From Squalus acanthias (Eukaryota): a stretch of DNA of 64,000 nt. The stretch is taken from the NCBI GenBank assembly GCA_030390025.1, contig CM059431.1, forward strand, positions 95,668,001 to 95,732,000, written 5' to 3'. Positions 22,403 to 34,198 of the stretch are shown here, piece by piece (position 1 is the first letter of the stretch; the number at the start of each line of letters is the position of its first letter). The notes beneath the pieces were generated by a model. That model saw only the letters and a list, made by a program, of their open reading frames with translations. It was not told the origin of the DNA and did not search any database. The translations under genes and the position numbers were made by a program.

Positions 22403-22950
22403 TGGTGTTACCTGCTAATTAACATGATAGGAGCACCCAGCCCAACGATGGGACAGGATGTGCGCTCAGCAGGGGGCCTATATTCATGTAGCCTGCTCCT
22501 TTTCAAGGCAGGGTGCAGCTCTGAAAGCTGAGCTGCCTTCTGCACATAAAAAAAGCTAAAAGTGCCTGAGCACGAACACAAATGGCGCAACAAGCCAGGG
22601 AAAGGGCACCCAGGGTCTCGGATGCAGCACTCCAGCTTTGTGCAGGGGTTCAATACTGGAAGTGAGGTCCTCTACCCACAGAGGGCCAGGAGGCCCTCCA
22701 GAAAGAAGGATGTGGGACAAGATCGCCAGCAGTGTCATCCTCAGGACCTGGCTCCAGTGACCAAAGAAGTTTCATGACCTCAGATGAGTGGTCAAGGTCA
22801 GTGAATGCTCCTCAAAAGTCATCTCCTACTAAGTGCACCACTAGCCTCACACACTGTTCAATGCACGACACTCACACCCCCACCTCCATCACTCACCTAC
22901 CAACAATCTCTGCCAAACATGAGGCACACCTCACATTCCTAGCTTCACCT

Positions 22951-24452
22951 TGTTGGAGTGAAAGTCCGTATTACCCGAATACCTCGCTATTCTTTCTGCG
23001 CAGTCTGTGAGACCAGCACATAGAACAGTACAGCACAGTACAGGCCCTTCGGCCCTCGATGTTGTGCCGAGCATTGTCCGAGACCAAGATCAAGCTATCA
23101 CACTCCCTATCACTCTGGTGTGCTCCATGTGCTTATCCAATAACCGCTTGAAAGTTCCTAAAGTGTCCGACTCCACTATCACAGCAGGCAGTCCATTCCA
23201 CACCCCAACCACTCTCTGAGTAAAGAATCTACCTCGGACATCCCTTCTATATCTCCCCCCATGCACCTTATAGTTATGCCCCCTTGTAACAGCTGCCTCT
23301 ACCCGAGGAAATAGTCTCTGAACATCCACTCTATCTATCCCCCTCATCATCTTATAAACTTCTATTAAGTCGCCTCTCATCCTCCTCCGCTCTAAAGAGA
23401 AAAGCCCCAACTCCCTCAATCTTTCCTCATAAGACCTCCCCCCCAAACCAGGCAGCATCCTGGTAAATCTCCTTTGCACTCTTTCCAATGCTTCCACGTC
23501 CTTCCTATAGTGAGGTGACCAGAACTGCACACAATATTCCAAATGTGGTCTCACCAAGGTCCTGTACAGTTGCAGCATAACCTCACGGTTCTTAAACTCA
23601 AACCCTCTGTTAATAAACGCCAACACACCATAGGCCTTCTTTACTGCTCTATCCACTTGAGTAGCAACCTTCAGAGATCTGTGGATATGAACCCCCAGAT
23701 CCCTCTGCTCCTCCACGTTCCTCAGAACCCTGCCGTTGACCCTGTAATCCTTATTCAAATTTGCCCTACCAAAATGAATCACCTCGCACTTATCAGGGTT
23801 AAATTCCATCTGCCATTTTTCGGCCCAGCTCTGCATCCTATCAATGTCTCTTTGCAGCCTACAACTGCCCTCCACCTCATCCACTACTCCACCAATCTTG
23901 GTGTCATCAGCAAATTTACTGATCCACCCTTCATGCTGGGTTAAAAGTTCAAACAACTTCCTGCTGAGCATGGGGTGTAAATTGGCTAAGAGAATTTTGG
24001 GGAAAGGATGTCTTCAGGGGAAAGATAATAGTCGGATGTGTAAGAGTCATTCAGCCATATTTGAATGTGTCAACCTGATAACTCTGTTTAGGGAGGGGAA
24101 GGTTTTATTGCGGCAATAAAACAATTAGAAGAGTTGAGAGCCTGGATGTTTAGTTTATGTTGTTATTCTGTGGCATTTGTATGTACCTTTGATGTACCAT
24201 GATTTATTGATAGTATGCATGGAATGCAATGATCAAAGGTGAAAATTAGCATAAGAAATGTAAGGGAATACTGTTTAGTAGCACACACTGGAATCATGAA
24301 AAGTGTGTGTCTCAGCAGCTCTCATACTGGTTTGTGTAGTATGAAAAGACATGAGCTCTCATACTGGTTTTGTGTAGTATGAGGTTTTAATAAAGACCTG
24401 ATCCTGCATTACTACAACTGAGTGTGTGTATAATCTGGCGTTCAAAGCAACA
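22951..24452 (+). mobile_element. Probable solo LTR (about 590 bp once the inserted LINE is removed)
   Basis: Begins TGTTG, ends CAACA, AATAAA about 60 bp before the end, internal ~27-bp direct repeat GCTCTCATACTGGTTT(T)GTGTAGTATGA. No matching TSD seen. Confidence 0.5.
23019..23933 (-). mobile_element. CR1 LINE 3' fragment (HER1-like subfamily) with intact reading frame
   Basis: Open frame from WISKFADDTKIGG to the stop at 23090; distinct tail (reverse of CATAGAACAGTACAGCACAG). Confidence 0.9.
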
Positions 24453-26048
24453 AAATGAAAAAGAACAAGAAAGCAGTCCAACACACCTCACCCCCTTGGA
24501 GGAGATGGTGCTGGCCATTCTTGGCAGGGGCATGGCTGAGCCCTTGGCCAGTGGCTGAAAGTATACAAGATGCTGGTATCCCCATATGTTATCCTCCTTC
24601 TCACGTCTCACTTCCCCCTCATCCCATAATCTCTTATGATTTACAAGCTGCACATGGTGTAAGCGTGCACCTCTTGCTTTATCTCCTCCCCTCACCACAA
24701 CTCTACTCTTGTGCCTTCCCCATTTCAGACACCCAAGAAATCCAGCCTGCCCAGACAGTGGTTGACCAAGAAGAGGAGAGGAGAGTGAAGAAGAAACACC
24801 GTCACTCGATTTGATATGCCCTGCCTCCAGCTCTTGAGGTTATCCTGCAAGACCATCTGCAGTGTCCCCCACTGAAAGTTAGCAGCCTTCCACCAGCCAT
24901 GCTGCAGCCACTGGGTAAGCACTGCATAACAGCACTAAGGGAATGCACAAAGGTGATTAGTTGATTTTTTGATGTAATATTGGATACATATATGGATAAA
25001 GTTGGATTGGAAAGTTTGGTTTGTTGTGGCTTTTATTTCAGCATTGTAGCCAAGAGGACACTGTGATGGTCAGTGACAGAGGGAAGATAAGGGGTGGGAC
25101 AAATGTTGAAAGGGGAATTGGGGTTGTGTTCACAGGTACCCAAGGCGGATGATTCGATCCCAGATATCCTGGCCTGAAAGGGGCTGTCTGGGTTGCCACC
25201 TTCTTTCTGCTTTTTCCTCTTCTGATTTTTCCTCTTCCGCTTCCTCTGCGCTCTGCGAGCAGCTTGCCCCCTTTGCTGCCTCTGCTTCATCTCCGTGTGA
25301 TGTTGCAGCCCAAGGGAGACTGCAACTAGAGTCCCCAGGACTGGGCGCAAGTGGTCTTCTCAGAGGCCTTCCTTTAACAGTCAAAGCCTTGCAAACATAA
25401 AATGTAAAAATAAACAGTCCAAAGCAAAAATCTAAACTTAACTGAAAGTTGTGTGTGTCCTTTTAAGAAGCTCTGGCAGCATCTCTGTTGTACTGCTGCA
25501 CGCACGTTCTTCCGTGTGTGGTCTGGAGAGGGTGGTATCAAGTTCGGCGACATCGAAAATCATAGATGATATTTCAATTCAGGCATTGTACGCTGATTGA
25601 CATCACGATCTGCATCATTTAAATGTGGGCGGTGAACATAGGCAATGGCAGTGCTGCCGCCCTGCCCAATATAGCGGCTGCCACGTTCCACGCCACAAGC
25701 AGGCGGAAGTGAGGCAGCCACCATTTTGTCTGCAAAACCGCCCTTAACAGCCGGTGCTAAACCTCCCAATTTCGCAGCCTCTTTGTTTATAAAATATGTT
25801 AGTGTTCAGTTTAATTTTACCTTCTGATCTTTTCTCTCAACCTCTCTTTGCCTCCCGTATTAACTTTTTCAAGTCCTTCTTGTACATTCCATAATCTTCC
25901 TGGTTATTAAATGAATCTTGCTCCTGACATTTGTCACAAACTTCCTTTTTCTGTGTTATTTTTAACTTTTAATTACTTTGTCATCCAGGGCGCATTAGCT
26001 TTGGATGCTCTACCTTTTCCCTTCAAAGGAATATGCCTAATTTGTACC

Positions 26049-26492
26049 CGACGTAGAGTCATCCAGACTCGAGTCATCGTTGACTTGTTCACAGATGTGA
26101 TTTCCAGTAAAAAAAAGTAAAAATTTTAAAGTTTATGGTTTTCCATACAGACTGCATTTGACACATTAGACCCCCTGTGACCCCACCTCATTGTCTCAGT
26201 TGTATCTATGTCTTTGATGTGGTGCCTTCCTGGCTGACCTGATTGTTTCTCTGCCGAGGTGTGATGAAAGGCAGTCAGAAAGATTAACTGTAGTCGTCTG
26301 ACATTGTACGCTGCACAGGCATTGTTCTCTGTCTATATATGCTTTGCCGATTCGTATTCCTTCACTTCACCTGACGAAGGGGCAGCAGCTCCGAAAGCTT
26401 GTGATTTCAAATAAAACTGTTGGACTATAACCTGGTGTTGTGCGACTTCTCACTTTTGTCCACCCCAGTCCAACACCGGCATCTCCGCATCA
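26049..26492 (+). mobile_element. Non-autonomous Penelope-like element (single pseudo-LTR and tail)
   Basis: Homologous to 5750-6093; 11-bp TSD TAATTTGTACC (26038-26048, 26493-26503). Confidence 0.85.
26367..26404 (+). ncRNA. Minimal type I hammerhead ribozyme motif
   Basis: TCAC-CTGACGA-A-GGGGC-AGCA-GCTCC-GAAA-GC-TT-GTGA; perfect stem I TCAC/GTGA, stem II with one G-U pair. Confidence 0.75.
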
Positions 26493-27507
26493 TAATTTGT
26501 ACCTGAACTATCTCTTCCCTAAATGTCCTCCATTGCTCTGTTACTGCTTTATCTTGCTATCACCTTTTCCAATTTACCTTTGCTAAGTCCCTTCTTAAAT
26601 CACTAAAATAGCTCTTCCCCAATTGAGCATTTTTAACTTAGATATTTTCTGATCTCTTTCCATAATTACTTTAAACCGAATTATGTTGTGGTCACTGTTA
26701 GCTAGATAAACTCCTAATGTAACACACTCCACTTGCTCTACTTTATTTCCTAGAACCAGATCCAACACTGCTTCCTTCCTTGTTGGACTGGAGACATATT
26801 GATCAAGAAAGTTCTCCTGCACATATATCAGAAATTCCTACCCTTAGCACTACGTTTTTCCCAGTCTATATTCGGGTAATTAAAGTCTCCAAATATTATC
26901 ACTCTACTTTTGTTGCATTTGACAACAGATTTGCTCATCTATCTCCTTTGCACTGCTTGGAGTGCTATAAAAAAATGTTCAACAATTTAACAGCTCCCCC
27001 TCTGTTCCTCAAGCCAAATTGATTTAGTCCTAGAACCATCTAGTATATCCTTTCTATTTAGAACTGTAACATCATCCTTAATCAATACTGCCACGCCCCC
27101 TCCTTTTTTTCCTTCTCTATCATTCTTGCTAGCCAGGAATATTACGAACCCATTCTTGTTTGAGCCATGTCTTTGTTAATGCAACCACATCACTGTAAAA
27201 TAATTTCAGTATGGGCTTTTTGAAGATATAGCTGATTTACTTCTATTTACATTGGAAAATGAATCAAAACTTAAACATTGCAACCCTTACTGGCTCATTT
27301 TTATAATTTAAAAAAATACAGAATATTGCTGAGTTCCTTTACAATAATGTTTTATTTCTCTTTTTTCCTGATTTTAAGGTGGTTCAGGTACCATATTTTG
27401 AAGAACAAAATGGGAGCCGTATTTTAAAGTTCTGGTTATCTGCCCCAACTAACAGCTCAAAGTCACTTTAGACATTGAAGCAGGTCTTGCAGTATTTGCA
27501 ACATTTT

Positions 27508-28251
27508 GGCCCAAAAATTAGTGTCTCTACGCGAGAGTACGCACTGTGTACTCTCGCGTATTCTGTCTCCAATTGCCGGTTTTCTGCATGCACTGCGCAT
27601 GCGCTGAAAACCGGCACTTGGTGATTTCAAAAGGGGGTGGTTCCTAGGTGAACCGCGTGTGCGCTACAGGCTGCGCGCACGCAGTGCACTTAGTGCTTTG
27701 AACGCGCAGGTAAGCATGGAAGATTTTGCACATAAAGAAAGGAGGCGTAAGACCCTCTTTTAACAAAGTAAGTAGTTAATTAAGTATTATTTTGAATTTT
27801 TTTCAACAGGTATATCTTTTTTAGAGACTTTAAAGAAAGGTAAGTTTATTTTTATAACTTTTTAAAAGATTTTAAATTTTTTCAAAAATTTAATTTTTTG
27901 TTTAAAGTGGTTAATTTATTTAACTATACTTATTTTATTAATGTGATGGTTTTTTTTTTTAATTTAATTGAGGTTTAGCTGTTCTTTTGAGGGGGTATAG
28001 ATTCATAGCTTTGACAGCACTTGCTGTGAAAACTATGAATGAAAGATGGTGTGCTGCCATTGGCTCTAACTGAATCACGTGATCCCACAGCTCGCACGAA
28101 TTAACTGCGCCTGTGGGATACGGAAGCACTGCACAGCTGCTGTCTAGAAAATCAAGTTCATGCGAGCTCGGAATGAAAAGGCAGGCGCGCAGTGAGATAT
28201 CGCGGGGAAGCCTTACCCCCGCACGAAGGCTCCGTCTTTAATTTCTGGGCC
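27508..28251. mobile_element. Harbinger-type MITE family B
   Basis: TIRs GGCCCAAAAATTA / TAATTTCTGGGCC; TTT on both flanks; reverse homolog of 40249-40986. Confidence 0.85.
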
Positions 28252-28287
28252 TTTAATCCTACAGTATTTGACTGGCTTAAATGTCAC

Positions 28288-28334
28288 CTTGACTAAACAA
28301 GGTTTTCACTGAGCTGCAGGGTTTGAATTTGGTC
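28288..28334 (-). CDS. Candidate internal exon of host gene (phase 2 to 1): (R)TKFKPCSSVKTLFSQ
   Basis: Acceptor tttccctcatatctccttggtattcgaacag, donor AAG|gtgaca; phases bridge exons 33327-33619 and 4609-4675. Confidence 0.5.
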
Positions 28335-28971
28335 CTGTTCGAATACCAAGGAGATATGAGGGAAATATGCTTTTAGAAACCAAGATATTCATTTCCCCAG
28401 GTTTTTTATTATGTGAATAGAAAAGTTAATTATTTCAGTTTTTTGTTGAATATGTTTTTTGCTGACCACCTAAGTTCCCTTCCTCATCCCCATGCTAGGT
28501 GATAAATGGTTCCCTGTGACCATGCTACAGGTTTCCTCCTCGTCCTCCTTGAGTTATCTGCAGTCTTTGACATGGTCCACCCCACCATCCTCTGTTGTCC
28601 AGATGAATGGGACTGCCCTAGCTTGGTGTCACTCCTATTTTTCCATTCGTAGCCAGAGCATTTCCAGCAATGGCCTTTCTTTCTGCCCAACAATGTTACC
28701 TCTAGAGACTCCAAGGATCTATCCTTGGTCCCTCTTCTACCTCAAAAACATAGTGCCCCTTGCTGACACCATTTGAAGTCATGGGATCAGCTTCCACATA
28801 TACGCTGATGACACCCAGCTCTAACTCGCCACTACATAGAACTACATAGAATTGCGCAGAAACAGGCCATTCAGCCCAACTAGTATGTGCTGGTGTTGAT
28901 ACTCCACACGAGTCTCCTCCCATTCCATCTATCTCATCTCAGCCTTTCAGCATATCTTTCTATTCCCTTTT

Positions 28972-29835
28972 AGAAACAGAGAAACATAGAAGTTAGGAGC
29001 AGGAGTAGGCCGTTCGGCCCTTCAAGGCCTGCTCCGCCATTCAATGAGATCATGGCTGATCATCCAAATTCAGTACCCTGTCCCTGCTTTCTCCCCATAT
29101 CCCTTGATCCCTTTAGCCTTAAGAACTATACCTAACTCCTTCTTGAATATATTTAATGATTTGGCCTCAACTGCCTTCTGTGGTAGAGAATTCCACAGGT
29201 TCACCACTCTCTGGATGAAGAAATTCCTCCTCATCTCAGTCCTAACTGGCTTACCCCTTATCCTTAGACTGTGACCCCTGGTTCTGGACTCACCCGCCAT
29301 CGGGAACATCCTTCCTGCATCTAGTCTGTCTAGTCCTGTTAGAATTTTATAAGTTTCAATGAGATCCCCTCTCATTCTTCTAAACTCTAGCAAGTAGAAG
29401 CCTAATCGACCCAATCTCTCTTCATACGTTAGCCCTGCCATCCCAGGTATCAGTCTGGTGAATCTTCGCTGCACTCCCTCCTTGGCAAGAACATCCTTCC
29501 TCAGATAAGGCAACCAAAACTGCACACAATACTCAAGGTGTGGTCTCACCAAGGCCCTGTACAACTGCAGCAAGACATCCTTGCTCCAGTACTCAAACCC
29601 TCTCGCTACGAAGGCCAACATACCATTTGCCTTCTTAACCGCCTGCTGCACCTGCATGCTTACCTTCAGCGACTGGTGCACAAGGACACCCAGGTCTCGT
29701 TGCACCTCCCCTTTTCCCAATCTATTGCCGTTCAGATAAAATCTGCCTTCCTGTTTTTGCCACCAAAGTGGATAACCTCGCATTTATCCACATTATACTG
29801 TATCTGCCGTGCATCTGCCCAATCACCCAACCTTT
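28972..29835 (-). mobile_element. CR1 3' fragment
   Basis: ORF 29070-29783 is the CR1 ORF2 C-terminus; tail AGAAACATAG. Confidence 0.92.
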
Positions 29836-29859
29836 TCTCTCACGTGCTCGCCTAGTTTC

Positions 29860-30960
29860 CTTTTGAAAGCATCTCAACCACCTCAACCACTTCCTATAGT
29901 AGTGAGTTCCACATTCCAACCACTCTCTGAGTAAAGACATTTCTCCTTATTTCCCAATTGGATTTATTAGTAACTATATTGTATTTATGGCACCAATTTT
30001 GGATTCTCCCACAAGTGGAACCATTCTCTCCACATCTACTCTGTCCAACCCATTCATAATTTTAAAGATCTATATCAGATCTCCTCTAAGTCTTCTCTTT
30101 TCTAAAGCAAAAAGCCCCAACCTGTTCAATCTTTCCCAGTAGTTGTAAGCTCTCAGTTCTGGTGCCATTCTTGCAAATCTTTTTTGCACTTTCTCCAGTG
30201 CTTCTATATCCTTTTTTATAGTCTGGAGACAAGAACTGTGCATAGTTCTCTAAGTGTGGCCTGACCAGGGTCCTATACAAGATTAACATAACTTCACTAC
30301 TTTTAAATTCTATACCCCTAGAAATAAATCTCAGTGCTTTGTTAGCATTTTTAATTTCTTTGCTGACCTGCAATGCTACTTTTAAAGATTTGTTCACCTG
30401 TATCCCTAGATCCCTTTGCTCTTCGACCCTGTTCAGTTTCTTATTCTCTAAGGTGTACGTGATATTTCTGTTTTCCCTACCAAAGTGCATCATCTCATGT
30501 TTATATCTGTTAAAGTTCATTTGCCACTTAACTGTCCAGTCTGCAAGCTGTCTAATGTCTTCTTGTATTATGTTGCATTCTTCCTCATTGTTAGCTATAC
30601 CCCCCAGTTTTGTATCATCTGCAAATTTTGATATTGAATTACTTATTCCTAAGTCCAGATCATTAATGCATGTTATGAATAACAGTGGTCCCAGCACTCA
30701 TCCTTCTGGAACTCCGCTTGCTACCTTCCTCCAATCTGAATAACTATCATTTACCGTTAATCTCTGCTTTCTATTTTTTAGCCAGTTTGCTATCCATTCA
30801 GCTATTTGTCCTGACTTCACATACTCTAACCTTTGTCATGAGCCTACTGTGTGGTAACATATCAAAGGCCTTTTGAAAATCCAAGTATATGACATCTACT
30901 GCATTACCCATGTCTACTCTTCAAAGAATTCTATCAGGTTAGTTAAGCATGACTTAGCCT
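29860..30960 (-). mobile_element. Older CR1 RT fragment
   Basis: LGPLLFITCINDLD...SKFADDTKLGG (ORF 30086-30697). Confidence 0.85.
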
Positions 30961-31574
30961 TTCAGAATATATTTTGTATTATATTTACTGCCTCCCTTGT
31001 CTTCTCCATGGCTTGTGTTGTCAGACTGCATGTCCGACATCCAAACTTGGATGACGCGCAATTTCCTCCAGTTAAACTTTGGGAAGACCAAAGCCATTGT
31101 CTTCGGCTCCAGCCATAAACTCCGTACCCTTGTCATCAATTTCATCCCCCTCCCAACTATTGTCTCAGATTGAACCAGACTGTTTGCAACATCACTGTCC
31201 TATTCAGTTTAGAGCTGAGCTACAACTCCATATCATCTCCATCACTGCTTTCATAACATTGCCCGCCTCTGCCCCTGCTGATGCAACTTTCATCCACGCT
31301 TTTGTCACCTCCAGACCTGACTATTCTAATACTCTCCTCGCCAGCCTCCATTCCACATGCTCTGTAAACTTCAGCTCTATCCAAATCTCTGCTGCCCGTA
31401 TCCTATGTCACACCAAGCTCATCTATCGCATCTGTGCTCGCTGACCTAGATTGGCCCCAGGTCCTCCAAAGTCTCAAATATATAATTCTCATCCCTGTGT
31501 TTACATTTCTTCATGGTCTTGCCCTCCCTATCTATATACGTTCCTTCAGCCCTACAGTCCCCTCAGAACTCTCT

Positions 31575-32969
31575 GGTCTAGAAGTTACACCACATAACAC
31601 CCTTTTTTCAGGTGCTATGCTGCCTCCCAGGTCCCAAAAATGGCGAACACACATCCGACCAGAAGTGCACCATCCACTATATTGAGACATCCTTTATCCA
31701 CGCCTGAAGCAGGTATTAGACTCTTTGCATATGCAAATAAGGAGCCTAACGCCTGATTGAGGCTACACATGGGGAAGCCAACCCTACAGAACACCGGCAA
31801 CAAAAAAAGTAAGCTACTCTCAAGCCCATATTAAACCACCACCCCAATTGTCACCCATTCCGCACCCCACCCACCCTCCCGGAGCCCCACCCCACACCCG
31901 CCTCCTCAAGATCCCTGACCTCCCTCCACACCCTGGCCCCGACCCCCAATCTCCCTCCCCTCAGCCCCGTGATCCCTAATTCAGGCTGCTGCTGGCTGAC
32001 ACAACCCACCACTGCCAACGATCGCCCCCCCCCACCCCACCCCGAGACCCACATTCCCCCAGGCTTGCGATTCTCACCCCGAGACCCACATTCCCCCAGG
32101 CTTGCGATTCTCACCCCGAGACCCACATTCCCCCAGGCTTGCGATTCTCACCCCGAGACCCGCATTCCCCCAGGCTTGCGATTCTCACCCCGAGACCCAC
32201 ATTCCCCCAGGCTTGCGATTCTCACCCCGAGACCCACATTCCCCCAGGCTTGCGATTCTCACCCCGAGACCCACATTCCCCCAGGCTTGCGATTCTCACC
32301 CCGAGACCCACATTCCCCCAGGCTTGCGATTCTCACCCCGAGACCCGCATTCTCCCAGGCTTGCGATTCTCACCCCGAGACCCACATTCCCCCAGGCTTG
32401 CGATTCTCACCCCGAGACCCGCATTCCCCCAGGCTTGCGATTCTCACCCCGAGACCCGCATTCCCCCAGGCTTGCGATTCTCACCCCGAGACCCGCATTC
32501 TCCCAGGCTTGCGATTCTCACCCCGAGACCCACATTCCCCCAGGCTTGCGATTCTCACCCCGAGACCCGCATTCCCCCAGGCTTGCGATTCTCACCCCGA
32601 GACCCGCATTCCCCCAGGCTTGCGATTCTCACCCCGAGACCCGCATTCCCCCAGGCTTGCGATTCTCACCCCGAGACCCACATTCCCCCAGGCTTGCGAT
32701 TCTCACCCCGAGACCCGCATTCTCCCAGGCTTGCGATTCTCACCCCGAGACCCACATTCCCCCAGGCTTGCGATTCTCACCACGAGACCCGCAACACCCC
32801 GCCCCCCCAAGACCCCTCCCAGGCCATCACTTACCAATCTTCCACCACTCACCTTCTTGGGCTCCTCCTGCAGCGTTGTTCCAATGCGTTTGAGGTCCGG
32901 GGACCTCACCATTCCTGCGCAGGATATTTTGAAAGCACAAGGGGATTTTCGCTCCGGAATTTCTAAGCT
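31575..32969. mobile_element. Harbinger-like non-autonomous element containing a minisatellite
   Basis: Degenerate TIRs GGTCTAGAAGTT / AATTTCTAAGCT; interrupts the L2 3' region. Confidence 0.5.
32041..32793. repeat. 37-bp minisatellite, 20 full copies plus a partial one
   Basis: Unit CCCGAGACCC(A/G)CATTC(C/T)CCCAGGCTTGCGATTCTCAC, head-to-tail with no spacers. Confidence 0.97.
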
Positions 32970-33326
32970 TTTGTTTCCCCAACTCTGACCTCTTGCGTGC
33001 CCCTCGCTCCCTTCATCCCACCATTGGTGGCTGTGCTTTCAGCCGTCTAGACCCCACGCTCTGGAATTCCCTCCCTAAACCTCTCTGCCACTCCAACTTA
33101 TTCTCCACCTTTAAGATCCTCCTTAAACCCATTTCAATGACCAAGCAACTTTACTCCTTTTTTGGGGGGGGGGTAGAGATTGGTATAGAAAAGGGTGGAA
33201 TTGGCTTATTTCCTAGTTTTCCATGAGTTTTTAACCCCTTCTTTGTCATTAACCAGTGGAATTCCTCCCCCAATTTTTTTTTAATAATATGAAAATATCC
33301 ACACATACCTTTTCATAGATGCTTAC

Positions 33327-33619
33327 CTTTGTGCAGTTCCAGATGGCGAGTTCCTCATCTTTGTATTATTTGAATGCATTGGGGGAGGAGCAGTTGTCAT
33401 ACCGGATGAAGAGGTTAAGTGCTTATGCGGACTCAGGGCCTTCTGTGTTTTTAGGTTTTTCTGGGAATTTGTAAACGTTTTGCCACTGTCCTGTCGTTCG
33501 TCCTTCTCCTTTTTTGCTCGTTCTTTCTTGTTGAAGTGGGCTCGCTCTTCCTGCACTTCCAGCATTCTCTGTATGTGTGCCTCCTCCTGCTGAAGGAACT
33601 CTCGCATCTCCAGGGCACA
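33327..33619 (-). CDS. Internal exon of unidentified host gene (293 nt, phase 0 to 2): CALEMREFLQQEEAHIQRMLEVQEERAHFNKKERAKKEK...SPSGTAQ(R)
   Basis: Acceptor ccttctgcttctcgacttttgcag, donor AG|gtaagc; 97 open codons; charged helical then S/T/P-rich protein-like composition; no resemblance to the repeats here. Confidence 0.8.
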
Positions 33620-34198
33620 CTGCAAAAGTCGAGAAGCAGAAGGTGGTTCACTTTAAGAGAGAATTATAGGCTAGATTTTTATGAATTAGTGGAAGTTTGT
33701 GCAGCAGGTACACACATTGAGATCCAAGTACAGATTTGCAATTCCTGCTGGGCTTGCTGACATCTGCACCCGAATTTCCGATACCCCCTCCAGACGCACA
33801 TAGCTCTGCACCAGCAGTGCATGATGTAGTACTCCTGAGCACGCAGTCCACATACAACAGGCTAAGCAAAACAAAAGTACTTGTGCCTCCTCAGTTTCCA
33901 ACTCCATTTTATTGCATACATATTTCATATCATTTTAACTGCAGCTTTATGCTGTTTAAAATTTTCCTTCACATGATCTTTTCATAAAAACTGAAACATC
34001 TCTGGGAAGCTTTATTTAAAACAAAAATCATGATAAGCAGTGATGCACATTTCACTTTTTAACAATCAAGTTTACAGCATAGAAGGAGATCAATTGGTCC
34101 ATCGTGCCAGCTCTTTGACACTGCCCTGCCCTCTCCCCATAGCCCTGTATCTTCCTCCATTTCAAATGTTTTTCTAATTATCCCTTAAAAGAAGTTAT

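Larger units (their letters stand above)
22406..25779. mobile_element. Harbinger deletion derivative (Myb remnant on +, core-deleted transposase on -), interrupted by an LTR and a LINE
   Basis: ERAPRVSDAAL...EVLYPQRARRP...RTWLQ..KKFHDL at ~22590-22800; transposase N-terminus abuts the acidic C-terminus at ~25130-25350; terminal AATTTCGCAGCC. Confidence 0.7.
25800..27190 (-). mobile_element. Old CR1 ORF2 endonuclease-region fragment
   Basis: QENFLDQYVSSPTRKEAVLDLVLGN...SDHNIIRFKV on the minus strand. Confidence 0.8.
28460..33160 (+). mobile_element. Old L2-clade LINE RT/3' region, split into ~28460-28830, ~30990-31574 and ~32970-33160 by later insertions
   Basis: LLVLLELSAVFDMV, YADDTQL, CMSDIQTWMTRNFLQLN, IHAFVTSRPDYSNTLL, GGCAFSRLDPTLWNSLP. 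Confidence 0.75.

Noticed and set aside
27379..27471. Plus-strand acceptor followed by VVQVPYFEEQNGSRILKFWLSAPTNSSKSL*
   Set aside because: Opposite strand to the other exons, with no partner exons and no recognisable homology; cannot be supported.
31969..32988. Three long overlapping ORFs and a CRISPR-like repeat length
   Set aside because: Head-to-tail 37-bp units with no unique spacers and no cas genes. The ORFs arise because the unit has no plus-strand stop and 37 is not a multiple of 3.
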